Shown: positions 50,230-64,000 of the stretch, one piece after another | Layout of the letters: each line of letters starts with the position of its first letter | Position numbering within the stretch: position 1 is the first letter of the stretch | Source: Takakia lepidozioides | Taxonomy: Eukaryota; Plantae; Bryophyta | Assembly (NCBI GenBank): GCA_030704615.1 | Contig: CM060731.1 | Location: forward strand, 57,350,001-57,414,000 | Length of the DNA stretch: 64,000 nt | Reading direction: 5' to 3' | Notes under the pieces: model-generated | What the model was told of the DNA's origin: nothing | The model's input: the letters and a program-made list of their open reading frames with translations, nothing else | The model's database searches: none | Program-made: the position numbers and the translations under genes

Positions 50230-51030
50230 TTGTTAATGTAGATGAGGTGAAAATTAAACAGATGGTCATTTTCAAGCTTATTTAGGCTTTGTTTGTGAAG
50301 AAGAGGTGAAACAAAATGAGCGGTTTATTGTGGAACTTGTTCGGGTTTTTGTTATTGAAGAAGAGGTGAAAAAAAAACACATGGTCATCGTGAATGCTTA
50401 TTTAGGGTTTGTTCGTGAAGAAGAGGAGAAAAACAAATTGAGCTATCATTGTGAAACTTGTTCAGGTTTTTGTTATTGAAGAAGAGGTGAAAAAAAAATT
50501 AGATGATCATCATGAATGCTTATTTAGGGTTTGTTTGTGAAGAAGAGGTGAAAAACAGATTGAGCTATCATTGTGAAACTTGTTCAGGTTTTTGTTATTG
50601 AAGAAGAGGTGAAAACAAAATCAGATGGTCATCATGAATGCTTATTTAGGGTTTGTTAGTGAAGAAGAGGTGAAAAACAATTGAGCTCTCATTGTCAAAT
50701 TTGTTCAGGTTTCTGTTATTGAAGAAGAAGAGAAAAAAAAATCAGATGGTCATCATGAATGCTTAATTAGGTTTGTTTGTGAAGAAGAGGTGAAAAAAAT
50801 TGAGCTCTCATTGTCAAACTTGTGCAGGTTTCTGTTATTGAAGAAGAGGTGGAAAAAAAATCAGATGGTCATCATGAATGTTGATGCAACGTTTGTTTGT
50901 GAAGAGAAGGTGGAAAACAAATGAGCTGTAAGCTTATTCAGGTTTGGGTTATTGAAGAAGAGGAGAAAAAAATTCAGGTGGTCATCATGAATGATTCTTT
51001 AGAGTTTGTTTGAGAAGAGGAGGTGAAAAA
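50230..51030. repeat. Tandem array of ~120-bp units (2 x ~60 bp)
   Basis: Alternating TTTGTGAAGAAGAGGTGAAAA and GTTATTGAAGAAGAGGTGAAAA units, ~6-7 dimers. Confidence 0.9.
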
Positions 51031-51410
51031 ATAATGAGGAAGTCATCTAAAAATTCTCAAAAGATATCATTCATCATGTGTTGAAAAATTGCTAGAGCAT
51101 TTGTAAGACCGAAAGGCATAACACTGTATTCGAAATGTCCGTATCTTGTGCGAAAAACAGTCTTCTATTTGTCTCCTTCTTTTATTCGTACAAGGTTGTA
51201 AGCTCCTCTCAAGTCGATCTTTGTGAAAAAATTTGCTCGTCCAAGTTGTTTGAGGAGTCCGGAAATCAGCGGTAGTGGGTAACGATTTTTTATAGTGACT
51301 TTGTTGAGCCCATGATAGTCCACACACATGCGTAACGATCCGTTCTTCTTCTTCACAAATAAGATAGGTGCTCCCGCATGTGATTTCGAATGTCAAATAA
51401 AATTATTTGA
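51030..51410 (-). mobile_element. Ty3/Gypsy reverse-transcriptase fragment
   Basis: [61 protein letters not shown]. Confidence 0.92.
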
Positions 51411-51779
51411 CGCAATGTTTTTGAAGAGGAGGTGAAAAAAGAAAATGAGCTTTCATAGTGAGACTTGGCCATGTTTGGCAGGCCCGCGAACAAAAAACCT
51501 CTTTTTTTTTTTTTTTTTTTTTTGGGCGGGGCGGGGGGGGGGGTGGGGGCAGAAGTGGTGTGCGTTGATGCACACAGTTTTAGAGGCTCGTAAACCAACC
51601 CGATGAAAAAAACGACCTTTTATAACGAGACATCGTCAGCTTGTCCTTATTGAAGAACTGTGTATAGATGTTCTACAAACAAGGCAGCCCTTTTGGACAT
51701 GGCGAAAAATCGCAACATATGCAACACTACTCGCTATTGCCAATGTCTCGCTGCAAAAGTTTCAGTACCTCACCAGGAC

Positions 51780-54700
51780 CAAGTGTCGCTTGGGGAATGA
51801 TTTGGTCTCTTTTGGGATCACAATACATCCTGCGCAAAAAGATGTAGTAAGATGCTTGCAGGGAACCCCCATTTTCCTCTCTTCCCTAGAGCTTCCTCAC
51901 GCATGCACACGACATCGGACAGGTGCACCCTGGAAAATTGCCCACCATCACCTGATAGGCCATGTCATGCAAAACAGACCCAAATGTGACCAAAGTACAA
52001 ACCCGTCCATACCCAGGTGAAGGTACTTCCATAGTTCTTGTTACCCGAGCCTGAAGTAGTCTGGCCGATTCCACCTTCGCATCGTGATCAGGCCCCGAGC
52101 CACACGACGCATTGTTTTGCCATTTTTTTTCGTGTGATGCGAAGTATCGTCTGGAGGAGGCACCATAGCAGCAAGGCCACCAAGAGTCACCACCACAGAT
52201 CGGTGCAGACGAAAGCCGGCGTCCTCCAACTTGCCAATCTCCAGTGCTCTTAGGGAGATTCCCACCCGCACTGGCCAAATGGTGGGTGGGGGAGGCTTAG
52301 CAATGCAGGAGTCACGGACGGTACCATTCACACAGCGAACCATATCGTCCGGGCAGAACCAGAATTTGTGCGTCTTCGACTCCTTCGACATATATGGCCG
52401 AATCAAACCTGTGAACGTCGGAGCTGGAGTACCCGCTGAGCCTTTAGCTATCCAGGACTTACACTTTTCATAGCTAATGGCCCTCACTGCCGCGCAGCCA
52501 ACTCTAGACCCTGGAGTAATCCGCTCGATGTGCCATTCAGAGTCAGCACAAGGTGACTCCTGCATTGCCCCCCTGCGGTCCTGCTGGAAACCTGCAATTA
52601 CAGGGGTTGAAGGCAAAGGACAGGGCTGTGTGGAAGAGGATGCACCAGCAGCCTCTTTCCTAATGGATGCCATAGGTTGTAGTGGAGACATCTTGGGTAC
52701 AGAGAAGTTGTCTCTGTCATGGCGATGTGAATCCCCATCCGATCCTGGAGGTGTATTTAGCTTGCATTTGCAATTCCCGAACCTTGCCTCTCCTTCCAGA
52801 TGGGGCTCCATTGATTGGAGAGGCGAGCCCACTGTGCACTTGTTCACTGCCTTCGCCATCTTCGTTGGATCCCCGGACCTTCTTGCAGCCCTCAGCATCA
52901 ACTCTGCTGTATCTGGTCCCCTGCCCCCACATCGCCCCCTGAGGAAATCACGATATCTTGTTTGCTGGGTTAGAGCTCGTACCAGATCATCTGTCGTAGC
53001 AATGTACAGATCTCTTCCTGCTTTGCCAGATTGCTGCTTCTAGGCGGCATGAACGCTTTCTGCCAGGTTGCAGGACGGCATGTCCGCAATGTCCTCAAGA
53101 GACATGTCATGTCAAAGGAAAATGAAATAGTGTCATTCATGCAAGTGCGGGCAGTTCTGGGAACAAGGAAGGAAACTGGGCACATACAAGGGATTGCAGA
53201 GGTGAAAGACAACTTTCAGTAGTCATGAAAGCCCCCCATTGGCGGTATCTGAAGTGCCAGAAGACCAACCAGTCTTCCAATTCTTTGACACCGTCCTGAT
53301 CAGTAGCCCCTGATGAGAACCACCATGCTCTCATTGTCTGGTACCTGGTCTCAGCCTCTTCCATTGTAGTCGCATTCTTCTACATGAAACAGAGCCTCAT
53401 GTGCTCCGTCTGCAAATCTCTTCTGATGCACCTCTTCGTGTGCTTCTCCAGGGACTGAGTCTAGTGGAATAGATAGATACGCTCCCTATTAGGCATGGGC
53501 ACCTTTGAATCACCCGATCCAAAAACTCGGCGCACAACGTTGAAGTTAACCTGTGCACTATCCGCCATGAACCCATTGAAATTTATGCATGTATCTCCAT
53601 TGGACTCCATGACTGAAAGCAAACAATTCCACATTATCATCTGGGACTCTGTATCTTCAGACTGCATGTCACAGATGGCAATTGTCATTATTCTTTGGTA
53701 GATCGGATCGTAAACATGGCAAGACATGGTTGTCCAGCCCTTCACTCGTTTGCAATATCGAACATCATCCAGGCTTTCTCCAGATCCCCCCCTGGTTGCA
53801 TACGTCTGACCAGGCTGATGCCACTATCCTCGCCCACCGTAGACATCTTGAACAAGTAAACCTTTGATGACCCCTGACCTAGGAAGACGCTAGATTGGAT
53901 AAAATCATATCAACTTATTCGCTTCAGCTCGAGAATGTTGTCCATGGACCCTGTGTTTCCACTGCCCACTCTCAATGCATTCACCTTATTCCTAATATTG
54001 GGGGAGCTCAACACGGAGAAGTGATCCATCACTGCATCCAAAGACGCCCCCTCAAGTCTTGAGCTGGATTCGCCTCCTTGCCCTAGAATGTGCCTCTCCA
54101 GGAAACTTTTGCTGGCAGCCAGCGCTATGGCAGATGGTTTGGCTGAAGGGGAGTTTGCGAATTCCTGCGCGACAAGCCCACGTGCCAACTCCACCCTATC
54201 TCTGCAATCGCCGTGAGACACATGATGGTCGTGAGTCCCATCATGCTTTTTATTTATTCCTTGCAAGAGACCTACGAGACCCCCAGCAGAAGCCGGTGGA
54301 TTCAGTTCAAAAGAGGATGTCACCGTCGAAGGAAGGTGGAAGGAATTGAACCCTTCTTGTTGGGAATGAATTCCACAGTATCCCTGCGATCTTGTTTTTG
54401 GATCCTGGTTTTCCTAACAATGCTTTAAGATGTGGGATGACGGTAACGATTTCCTGAACATCGACGTCCCCTTCAGGAAGACTGTTCTGGGGAGCCGGTA
54501 TTTCCGCGAATTCATCATCCGATGAATCCGACAGTATGACAAAAGTTGTTGAAGTGGTGTCCTCCTACTTTATAGTCACATGCCGCTTGTCTTGAACGAC
54601 AGAGGCAGCTGTCCCAGGAGTCACAATGGAGCCACCGGATTGTCTTCTTTCACTTTGGAACACACGATATTTTTCAGGAAGAACTCTCCATTCCTTGTGT

Positions 54701-55083
54701 TTTTGTGCAATAAACGGTTTCTGGAACAGCGTTCTTTGTACATTTCCCTCCAAGTCATAAATCTCTTTCTCAACAGAAACACAGCCAATCTCGAGCTTGA
54801 ACCTTGCTGCCAGAACATGCTTCTCCACCACAGAAAAACCATCATCTTCAGCCGCGGCACTGAAAGGGCAAGGTTCTTCAGTATAGTGAAACTCGGCGAA
54901 GACCTCGTCATTACGAGAAGTCATGTGGTCACGATACGATGGTGAGTACCAATACAACTCTGCAACATGGACTGGCAATAACCTTCTGAAAGCTCTTGCC
55001 ATAGCCCACAAGCATGTGCTAAGGCAAGCTATGGCCCCACACATCATCCAATAACAGTTAAGTGTATTGAACCATACCGCCAA
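51780..55083 (-). pseudogene. Degenerate MULE-type transposase with SWIM zinc finger
   Basis: WTTMSCHVYDP..IAICDMQSED..FNGFMADSAQVNFNVVR..YLFH; WLVFWHFRYRQWG; YQVMVGNFPGCTCP..(CKH)YYIF; multiple stops and frameshifts. Confidence 0.75.
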
Positions 55084-55997
55084 AACAGTTGGGCAGTTGC
55101 CAAATTAATGGAGAAAGGAACAAAACTGTTTATTATGTCAGTGTCACAGCATCGGGAAAAGACAGCGCCGTTCTGGATATGGCAATCCAATGTGTGCTTA
55201 ACGGCGTTCTACCACGTGAAGCCGGACAGTGCATTGAGTGCCGCACCCGGAAAATATCCGCCCCTGGACGCACGCGGAGATTGCGTTCCTCACGTTGAGG
55301 ATTTTTTTCTGTCCGAAGAAGGCCAAATCCGTGTGGGCGAGGCCAATCAGAGGACTCATCCGTGAAATATTTCATCCAAATCACCAAACATCCACATTTG
55401 AAGCAAACGCCCATATTGATGGCATTAGGGGCACCTAATAAAACGCAGCCAATGAGAACGATCCATTTGGGTGGTTACAAGGCAGACACACACATCGCTC
55501 ACCGCATGCATAATTGTCGGAAAATGAGGGTTCCTTAGTTGGTCTATTGTTGTTAGTCAAGCTGGAGAGTTGCGGGAGCGAGAGAGAAGACATAGGAAGA
55601 AGACGTAGAAGGCAGTCCCTTTACTTCACGAGTGCGAGAGAGAAGAAAAACGCGAGAGACGGGATGAGAAAGTTGCGAAATATGCAAAATGTTGTCGACT
55701 AGGTTGCACAGGATACGTCCACCCAGGAATCACAGCAGATGACAGAGGAGCACCAGCCTCAAATGGAGGGAAGAAGGGAAGGGGAGGAGACTACCCCGGA
55801 GACCGATGTGCATGACATCAACATCGACACCAGCGTCGCTGACAAAGAAGCGACACCAAAGGAGGCGGTGAAGACGCAGGAAGAAGAGGCATCGGGAAGT
55901 GGTGTCAACAAACCCAAGGTGATCCTCCTCCCAATCTGTATGAAGCTCGCAAGAATGTGGTACCAAGTGAATAGACAGGATCTGAGACATCCCCTGA

Positions 55998-57340
55998 AAA
56001 TTGAGTGTGGCACCGCACTCAGTATTGAGGGGAGCTCTCTCACTTTCGTTGTGGGTTGAGGTGAATACATAGAGGTGGCAGGATATGCAATGGAAGCCTG
56101 AAAGAGTGTCCCTAGAAACTGAGTGCGCCACCGCACTCATTTTATAGGGATGCTCGCCGATCGCTGGGGACATAGGGAAAGAGGAAGGCGATGTCCAGAG
56201 TGAGGGCCGAGAGACAGCAAAGAGGTCACCCAGAACTGAGTGCGCCACCGCACTCAGTTTCTGTGCACCTTGGAATGGTTAATTTGCTCATGTGTGAGGT
56301 GAATGGAAAGTTAGAAAGGGTGTTTAATTCATAGTCAGATCTGTTTTGAGTTCTGAGAAACACAGTAACTCTAACTTGGAAACTGAGTGCGGTGGCGCAT
56401 TCAGTTCTTAGGGGTGCTCGACCTTCTTCGTGGACAGAGGTAAAGACGAAGGTGAACTCGAAACAGAAAGCAGACGGACAGAGGGGAGGGCTCCCACTGA
56501 GTGCGCCGGCGCACTCAGTTTTTTGAGCACCTGCAGATGGTTGATTTGATGATGTATGAGATGAATCGTAAGGTAGACAAGATTGTGGAAATAAAAAACC
56601 ATTCTTTTTTTACTTGTGGGAAACAAACACAGAACACCCTGGAAACTGAGTGCGGTGGCGTTCTCTGTTTTAACAGTGGAATCGCCGATCTTTGAAGACA
56701 AAAGGAAAGACGAAGTTGATATGGAAACTTTTGAATGACAGACGGAGTGAGGGCCCTAGAACTGAGTGCGCTACCGCACACAATTTTTTCTAGCAGCTTT
56801 GTATGAGGGAAATGTCCTCGTGTGAGACGGAAATGAGGTTTTTAATTGAATGTCATGCTAGAAACAGTTGTACGAATTTGAGTGCGGTGGCGCACTCAGT
56901 TTCTGCCTCCAGAATATTCATACCGAGGGCAACCAGACCGTGGGATGTCCATATACAACCAGTAGTCTCGAAGGTGTGAGCGCCCATAATCCTTCAGAAT
57001 TCCTGCAGTGTACATTGTCTGGGCGTTGGAAGGGTCACACCATAGGTCAATAAAATGTGGGTGTCGACTGAGGTTCTTGCCTGGAATGAGAACGTTCTTG
57101 ATGTACCTTCACAAGCAAAACAGAGGGAACGTTAGTAAGTGGGGGAAGCTGGAGAACACGGTTTGTGGACCCCTTGATTGTGGGCACCAGCGCACTCAAT
57201 TTTTGGTCTGTCCACACATGCCCTACGTAGAAGCCAGGGTAGGTATGATACACCAGAGGTAGCAGTTCGTATCTAGAAGGGAAGGTGGGGAAACATAGAA
57301 GTTGCCACCACTTTACTGAGTGCGTCAGCGCACTCAGTTT
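55998..57340. repeat. Array of ~10 regularly spaced palindromes AACTGAGTGCG-N3-CGCACTCAGTT
   Basis: Copies near 56000, 56116, 56233, 56381, 56495, 56644, 56760, 56876, 57180, 57314. Confidence 0.9.
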
Positions 57341-58174
57341 TGGGGACTGTTTATTCAACACAGCAGGGCTGCACAGACAGCGTATGTCTCGGCAGACAGG
57401 AACTGAAAGGTGGATAAAGAGTGACAAGACGAACCTGTATAGCACCCTCTTCATGGCCTGTTCTGATCCATGCTGCTGCTCGAACTCATTAGTGCGCGAG
57501 ATGCCTCCCTCTTTGGCGAACTCCCTGAAGAAGCAAGTGCCGAAGCAAGCTGCTTTCCACTGGCAGACATAGTCTTCTAGAGTATCCGTCGGTGGAGTCA
57601 TAGTTATCTTGTAATCGTTGAGCTGCTTCTCCAGCACCAACTGTGCCTGAGCCTCTATCTGCGCAAAAAGACTTTTTCACTTTAGAGAGCAACATTTTAA
57701 AAATAATAAGGGACTTTGAGTTATGCAAAGCAGTTATGCAAAGGAAATGGACTGACGAGAGGAATAAACCTGGGCCCAGTACGTGGCTTTGTGCAGCCAC
57801 ATATCGAGAACGTGGTCACTGAATTGCTTTATCACTCTTGTTTCTTTGTTCTCAAGAGCTAGTCCATTTTTGTTGCTTAATCCTGTCAGAGTCAAACCAC
57901 AAAGCTGTCCTTCAAGTTTAGTCAGTGCGCAGTATCATGCACAGGGGCGGGATGATGAGGTTCACTGTCGGGGTTGAGGTGGGTCCCTAAGGCTGATAAG
58001 GGTTGGGGTTTCTATTTGGGGTTGCAGGGTTAATGTGGATGAAGACGTGTTTCTGCGGTAATGGATCCTCTTCCACGGAAATAGATGTCGCATCTTCCCC
58101 AAATTCATGCCATGTGTCATGGGCTCACAGGCTCCTAGGCTCACGTGGCTAGGCTCACACTCTAGCATCCCCCC

Positions 58175-61100
58175 AATTCTGGAACTCCATCCGTGGAAAT
58201 TTTTTGGAGCACCCTCTGGTCTCACATTGGATAATGGCTGGTGATTTTAATATGGTAGAAAGTGCAGTGGATCGTTATGGTCCCTCCACTAATACTCTTT
58301 CCATTGATGAGCAGGCTGTTTCGGACAGCTTATGTTTCTCTATTGGTTTCATTGATGCCTCTCTGCCTGACCGCAATGATATTCGGTTTTCTTGGTCAAA
58401 GAATAGATTGCCTCCTGACCTCTGCATGGCGAGGTTGAATAGAATTTATTGCACGCCTATTGCAATATCTTGGTCCTCTCCCACTCCGCTGGGGCCAATT
58501 TTGCCAGATTTTGATCACGCTCAAATTGATGATTGCTTTAATGCCCCTTGAGTGCACGTTAAAGGTCGGTCCTATTTCAAACTTAATCCTTCTTTGCTTA
58601 AGTCCAAAATTGCTGCTCATCATCTTGCTCAATCTTGGATTAACGAGGGGAATGATATTGTGTTACCTACTCTCCGTTTCCTCTCCAAGCTTGCCGCTGC
58701 CAGGAGTCAGGCGCAGAGGCTCTCCCGTGTGATTGCTATCGAGAAATCTGAAAAGCAAAAGGCACTGCTCACATGCATTTCCTAATGCCAAAGGCTCATT
58801 GAAATCAACATGGTGGGACCTCAAACTTTTGATACCTATCATTTTGCGAAGCGAAACTTAGCGGCTCTTTTGGGCGATAGGGAAGCTGCTCTCAGGCGTA
58901 AGGCCGGAGTTAATTGGTCTCTTTGGGGTGAAAAGATGACGGCTTACTTCTTTCAAAAAGCCAAGCAAGGGCAGGCTTCCACTTCCATTGCATCTCTGAA
59001 GAGCCCTTCTAGTTCCAGTATTACTAGCCCAACATTACATCGTTCGGGGGGGTGGGGGGGGTAAAGCGACACCCCTGACATCGCTAATTGCCCATTTCCG
59101 GGCCCAAGAAAATCGCAAATTTGCGACGTCGCTATGAGGCCTTCGCAGATTTCGGACTTAAAGCGACGCCGGGGGGGTCGAAGATCCAACCCCCCTAAAA
59201 ATTCCCACTAGCGACGCCCAGGGCGTCACAATGACTGCGACGCTCGGGGCGTCGCTAAGGCAATACAGGAGGGAGGAGGGAAAAAGAAAAAAAAAAGAAA
59301 AAAAAAAAACGCTTTTGAGGTTTTTTTTATTTTTGAATTTTGAATTTTGAAAAATGGCAGGATCCACACGGTTCAGAAAAACGCGGGACACACACTTGCC
59401 ACGTAGTGTCAAACCTAATCCTTGAACATGTTTTTGCAAGTAGCCGACACATATCGAGTCCTAATTCATTCAACGTATTGTTAGGCAAATTTGAACTGAA
59501 GAGCTCTAGATTATACACATAGTAAGATACTTCACACTAACCAACATATCAGTTACTGAACTTACACACAAACTCATGATTTAATTGTACATAAGGTAGT
59601 TCATGCGAGAGTTGCTCGTGCGACCTCAAAGCGACACTCCTCGCGTCGCTCAAATGTAAGCGACGCCAAAGGCAACGCTTTTCCTGCACCCTCTACTGCA
59701 GAAACCAAAAAAAGATCAAGTCATTTTTAGCAACGCCTCAGGCGTCGCTACAAATGACTTATCCAAAAAAAAAAACTCAAAAGCGACGCCTAGAGCGTTG
59801 CATTTAAAATGCAGTTTTACTTTTATTAATTTATTAATTTATTTTTTCTCCCGGGGTGCTTGAAGCGATGCCCTGGGCGTCGCACCAGGGGCCGACCCCC
59901 AGTGCATCGCAACCCAGCTGGGACATTGTTTTTTGTTTTAGTCCATTGCGACGCCTCAGAGGACTCGGCCAAAATCCACAAAAACGTGGATTTTGGCTGT
60001 ATGTCTGCGACGCCCAGGGCGTCGCAAGATGGGGACGCGGCGGGGGCGTCGCTGGCCTCTGAGTATTTCACTGCTCTTTTGAAGTAGAGATCCTACCTTC
60101 TTTCTGTAGCGACAAACCGTGCTAGAGTGCTTGACTCCATCCCGTCACTGTTGTCCATAACTGATCAGAACTCCCTCTCCGCCGGCCTCTTTTATTCTCT
60201 CAAGCTGCTCCAATCAGTGGAGAAGCTTAGCCCGCAAAGGCTCATGGTTTGGACGGGTTGCCTGTCGAGTTCTTTAAGGTTCTTTGGACGAGCGTTGGGG
60301 ACGACCTCTTGGCTATGGTGAATGATGTCTTGCTCAAAGGAATCCTCCCCTCTCAGATTTTGCAAGGGGTGATTACCCTCATCTATAAGATGAGACCGCG
60401 ATCTTTTATCTAACTATAGGCCCATTACTTTGCTTGATTCTGTTTACAAGATTGTTGCCAAGGCATTGGCCATCAGGCTTCAGCCTTTGCTCAACAAGAT
60501 TGTCCACCCTGAGCAAACAGGGTTCATGAGGAACAGGTTGAAATTTCTTGATAATGTCTTTCTTGCCAACGAAGCTATGCACCAAGCTTTTGTTAACAAC
60601 CAACCATTGGCAATGCTTTATGCTCGACTTTGAGAAAGCTTTTGACAATGTTGACTGGCTTTTTCTCCTCTCTGCTTTGGAAAAAGTTGGGTTCAATGGT
60701 ATGTTTCTTGCATGTCCAATCGGAATTCTTCTGTTCTCTATCTCCAGCAGGGTTACGGTAAATGGTGCTCTGTCCTCCTCATTCCCACTTCACCGCTCTG
60801 TAAGGCAGGGATGTCCTCTCGCACCTTTTCTTTTCATTGTTTGGGGGCAGGCACCATTACTTATGGGATAAGACCTTACACTACTACTGTTGCATTTCTT
60901 TCTGGAGCACCTCACGAAGAAACGGATGAGGATGAGCTCAGCATGATTGGTTCTGAAGAGGAGTCTGCAGACTTGCGTGAGGATGATTTGTGGTCAGAGG
61001 AAAGCTCTTTCCCACCTCACACGCTCACCGAGTTTTAGCAACAGCTACCGCGCCTCACAGGGAGGTTAAGCGAAGAAAGGTAGGTAGATCTATGTCTATG

Positions 61101-61858
61101 TCTTACTCTATTAAAGCTTCTCTCTACACTGATGATACAATTCTTTTAATTGATAACAGCTTCCACCTGAATGTTCTTAGCGCTCTGGATGTCCTAGCCT
61201 CTTTTTGTAAAGCTTTTGGTCTTTCCATTAATTGGAAGAAGTCGGTTAGTATGCTTTCTCGCTTGAAAGACCCTGGGGTGCGTCGCATTGTGAGCCAGGC
61301 TAGGGTGGCGATCTGGGCCTGGTTTGGCTCCAAGATAGACAGTCGCATGTTCTTTTAGGATTGCTGGTTGGGCATAACCTACGGATCACAACGTTGTGCC
61401 CCCGTTTTGGCTAGGCTCAAAAGAAAGTTGACATTCTAGAGCTCTGCTCACCTTTCAATTACAGGGCTTGCTTCAACCTGGTTTGTCTCTTCTGCATGGT
61501 CTCCCGGCTTGCTCATGATCAAGCAGATCAAAGCTCTTGTCCATAACTTTCTTTGGGGTGCACCCCTTGCTACACCTAACTGGCGTGCCCATATAAGTTG
61601 GTCACAAGTTATTCAAAAAAAAAAGTTTGGAGGGTCGGGAATTATTGACCCATTCACGCAGGTGCTGACCTTACTTGCGAAGTGGGTGCCTAGAGTGTTT
61701 GTGCACATCTCCTCCCCCTGGAGCTTGATTGTACGCCAACATATCCTCGACTCGGTCCCCTCGTCCTCAGCTTTTTGGCCGCCATCTCTTAAATGGGTGG
61801 TACCAAGGAGCATTCCAGGGCGGTCAGGCACAGCTCTAAGGCTTGGCAGTCCATCTGG
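58175..61858 (+). mobile_element. Degenerate L1-type LINE ORF2
   Basis: WIMAGDFNMVE, MARLNRIY, LDFEKAFDNVDW, VRQGCPLAPFLF, LYTDDT, KFGGSGI; interrupted at 59033-60053 and ~60842-61100. Confidence 0.9.
59033..60053. mobile_element. CACTA-like non-autonomous element inserted in the LINE (one TIR degenerate, other missing)
   Basis: Begins CATTACATCGTTCGGGGGGG; dense GCGACG/CGTCGC repeats as in 16083-17141; LINE frame resumes at ASEYFTALL. Confidence 0.7.
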
Positions 61859-62750
61859 GACTACTGCATTTGGGGGGGATTAGCGATGCCCCAGCGACCT
61901 CCAACCGCCGCGATTTGCAACGGAGATACTCTACGGCGCCTGGGGCACCGTTTTGCGATGTCCGAAAGTCGCAGCGACGTTGGTGCGACGTCGCTCCTGA
62001 AACGTCGTTAATTAGCGACCTCGGGGAAGCGCTAACCCCACGAGAAACCCCGGCCGCGACCTGCGACGCCGCGGTGCTGGCGCGACTTGCGACGTCCAGG
62101 CGTAAAATAATAATAATAATAATAATTGCGACGCCGCATTAGCGACCCCCAAACGTCGAAGTTTAGTAGGGTACATTTGAATTTAGGTGGAAAAATTTGA
62201 ATTTGAATTTGAAATTCAAAAACTAGTTGATCATTGACTCCGGTTTTATCCAATGGCAGTTCATACAATGTACTACATATATTAAGCAATGCATACTTGA
62301 ACCTAGGATCTCTAGGTTATAACATTTCTGAGACACTCCACACTAACCAACACATCTACGATACATCTATATATCACAAAAGCAGTCTAATTATATATAT
62401 AGATATCAAGATTTAGCTCCTGGTGACTACCACTATCTCAATCCTATCATTGTGTCATCGCAGATGGTGCAGATTATGAGTATTATGTAGGAGCTCTCAC
62501 GACTGTAATTTGCACTAAGATTTGTCACCAGAGTTCTTGAATGACAAATATCTATCAAGGGCCTAAGTTCCGACGTTGGGGGGTTGCGATGCCCCCCGGA
62601 GGCTGCAACGCCACCGGGACGCAGCGCCACAGCCCCAGCTCGTGGGGTCACAGTCGTGGCAGCCCAGTGACGCTTTTGCGACGGCGGGAGGTCGCAACCC
62701 CAAAAAAAAAAAAAACTCGTTGGGACGCCCCACCGTCGCGACAACGTCAC
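61859..62750 (-). mobile_element. CACTA non-autonomous element, inverted relative of 16083-17141
   Basis: GACTACTGCATTTGGGGGGGATTAGCGATGCCCCAGCGA matches the reverse complement of 17090-17141; internal homology 62160-62330 to 16650-16830. Confidence 0.8.
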
Positions 62751-63020
62751 TATGAGCACTTGCCACTGTCTATTAGCTATCACCTCCATTTTTGGACTGA
62801 TAACTATCTCCCGCCACTATCACCAGCCCGTTTTCTCACCCCTGAGTACGTCCGTGCAGTGTCCCTCTTGCGCCTTGAGCTCTTGCGCCATAGCTGGTCC
62901 TCATCGCTTGTGTAGAAATTGCGAAGTCATTAGTGAATTGTAGACAACTTTTGTGTAGAAATTCAAGAAGATTGCGAGAAAAGTTGAAATGCCATGGAAA
63001 CAGACGGACTAGAGGAATCG

Positions 63021-63992
63021 ATGTCAATGGATAGTGGAGCGAGAGGAGGGGAATAGGGCGAGGAAGGGGGAGAGGGAGAGGAAACGAGGGACCTCCACGG
63101 CAACGCCATACAAATTGCCACCACGATAAAGTGATGGCTTTAATTGCTTGCATGCACCGAGAGCATATTGCAAAAAAGTATGTCGTTGATCGCAAGGCAG
63201 TCTGCATGGTACCCGCAAGCATAAAATGGAATAAAATTGCAGAGTCAGTGCTTGCAATGACTCAATCGAGGACATCACGGAACGGGAAAATGTGTGAGGA
63301 CAAATGGAATTGTATCAACAGTGACTACAAAAAGATAAGCGACTACCACAAAAAGGTACTGGACACAATATTGGGATATGAGTGCAGAAGATCGCGATCA
63401 TTACCATTTGCCTCGAAATTTCAATGTGGAGTACTATGATGCTATCGAGGCTTTCCAGGGGGGAATGAACGATAAATGCTCCATTCCACATTCGTGATAT
63501 CCATGCACAAGGGGATGGTAACTACATGGGAAGAACAACACAATGACCACTCTCCTTTGGGAGACGAATCTTCTTTCATGCAAGAAAATGATCATGTGCT
63601 TGGTAAAACTAATGGGCCAGTGAGTGTGCCAGTGAGTGTGCCAGTGAATGGCTGGTGAGTGTTGTAAATCTTGACGAGTATTCTGTTGGCACTGATTACC
63701 AACCTCCTGTCATCCTTAACATCTAGTTGCAACACGCCAGTGAGAGGTGCAGTCAAAGCTTCGCCAGGCAATGCGCTAAATCTAGCTCCAGGGAGCACAG
63801 GTGACAAAAGGAAATGACTCAGTTTTTTTGCCTGTGATTGAGGCCAGCGACAAGAACAATAAAGTTCTGATTGATGCCATGGATAGGATCAATTCTACTC
63901 AAGTGGACATTGATAAAAATAGGAGCATGGCTCAGGAAATCTTGAAGGAAAATCTTGAGTACGAAAGAGGGACAAGAAAGCTCGGAAAATGA
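63021..63992 (+). pseudogene. Degenerate trihelix/Myb-SANT-like DNA-binding protein
   Basis: MALIAC..KWNKIAE..RNGKMCEDKWNCINSDYKKISDYHK, then frameshifted HLPRNFNVEYYDAIEAFQG and a C-terminal coiled coil; may be transposon-derived. Confidence 0.7.
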
Positions 63993-64000
63993 GTAAGAAC

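Larger units (their letters stand above)
50200..58174 (-). mobile_element. MULE/Mutator-like DNA transposon (left end not resolved)
   Basis: Transposase relic, subterminal repeats, terminus ...CTAGCATCCCCCC at 58174 shared with 2510. Confidence 0.6.

Noticed and set aside
55998-57340. CRISPR array
   Set aside because: Eukaryotic transposon context, no cas genes, spacers too long and partly related to each other, repeats in mixed orientation.
57390-57890. Two exon-like segments on the minus strand
   Set aside because: Plausible splice sites but no recognisable product; left uncalled.

Overview
Repeat-rich eukaryotic nuclear DNA from a land plant, probably non-seed (inferred from PLS-DYW PPR genes, Replitron relics and a DNMT-bearing retroelement). 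The main feature is a small family of DYW:PG-type PPR editing-factor genes: one with an intact final exon (43834-49165), two damaged copies in a head-to-head inverted duplication (4316-9003 minus, 9481-13272 plus), and a DYW-only fragment. All three long copies carry upstream exon pairs encoding tandem OSB-type 'PDF' ssDNA-binding motifs that can splice in frame onto the PPR-DYW exon. A decayed copy of the same PDF cassette lies inside a TIR transposon with an 8-bp TSD, in phase with an unrelated ORF. The rest is nested mobile DNA: a Ty3/Gypsy-like element with a C5 cytosine methyltransferase after its protease, a MULE-like family linked to an intron-containing amino-(N4C/N6A)-methyltransferase relic and a palindrome array, Replitron HUH relics, CACTA elements, LINEs, and a mosaic of host-gene fragments (ATG18, HECT, RCC1, PAS1). 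All calls come from manual reading and motif recognition; no searches were run.
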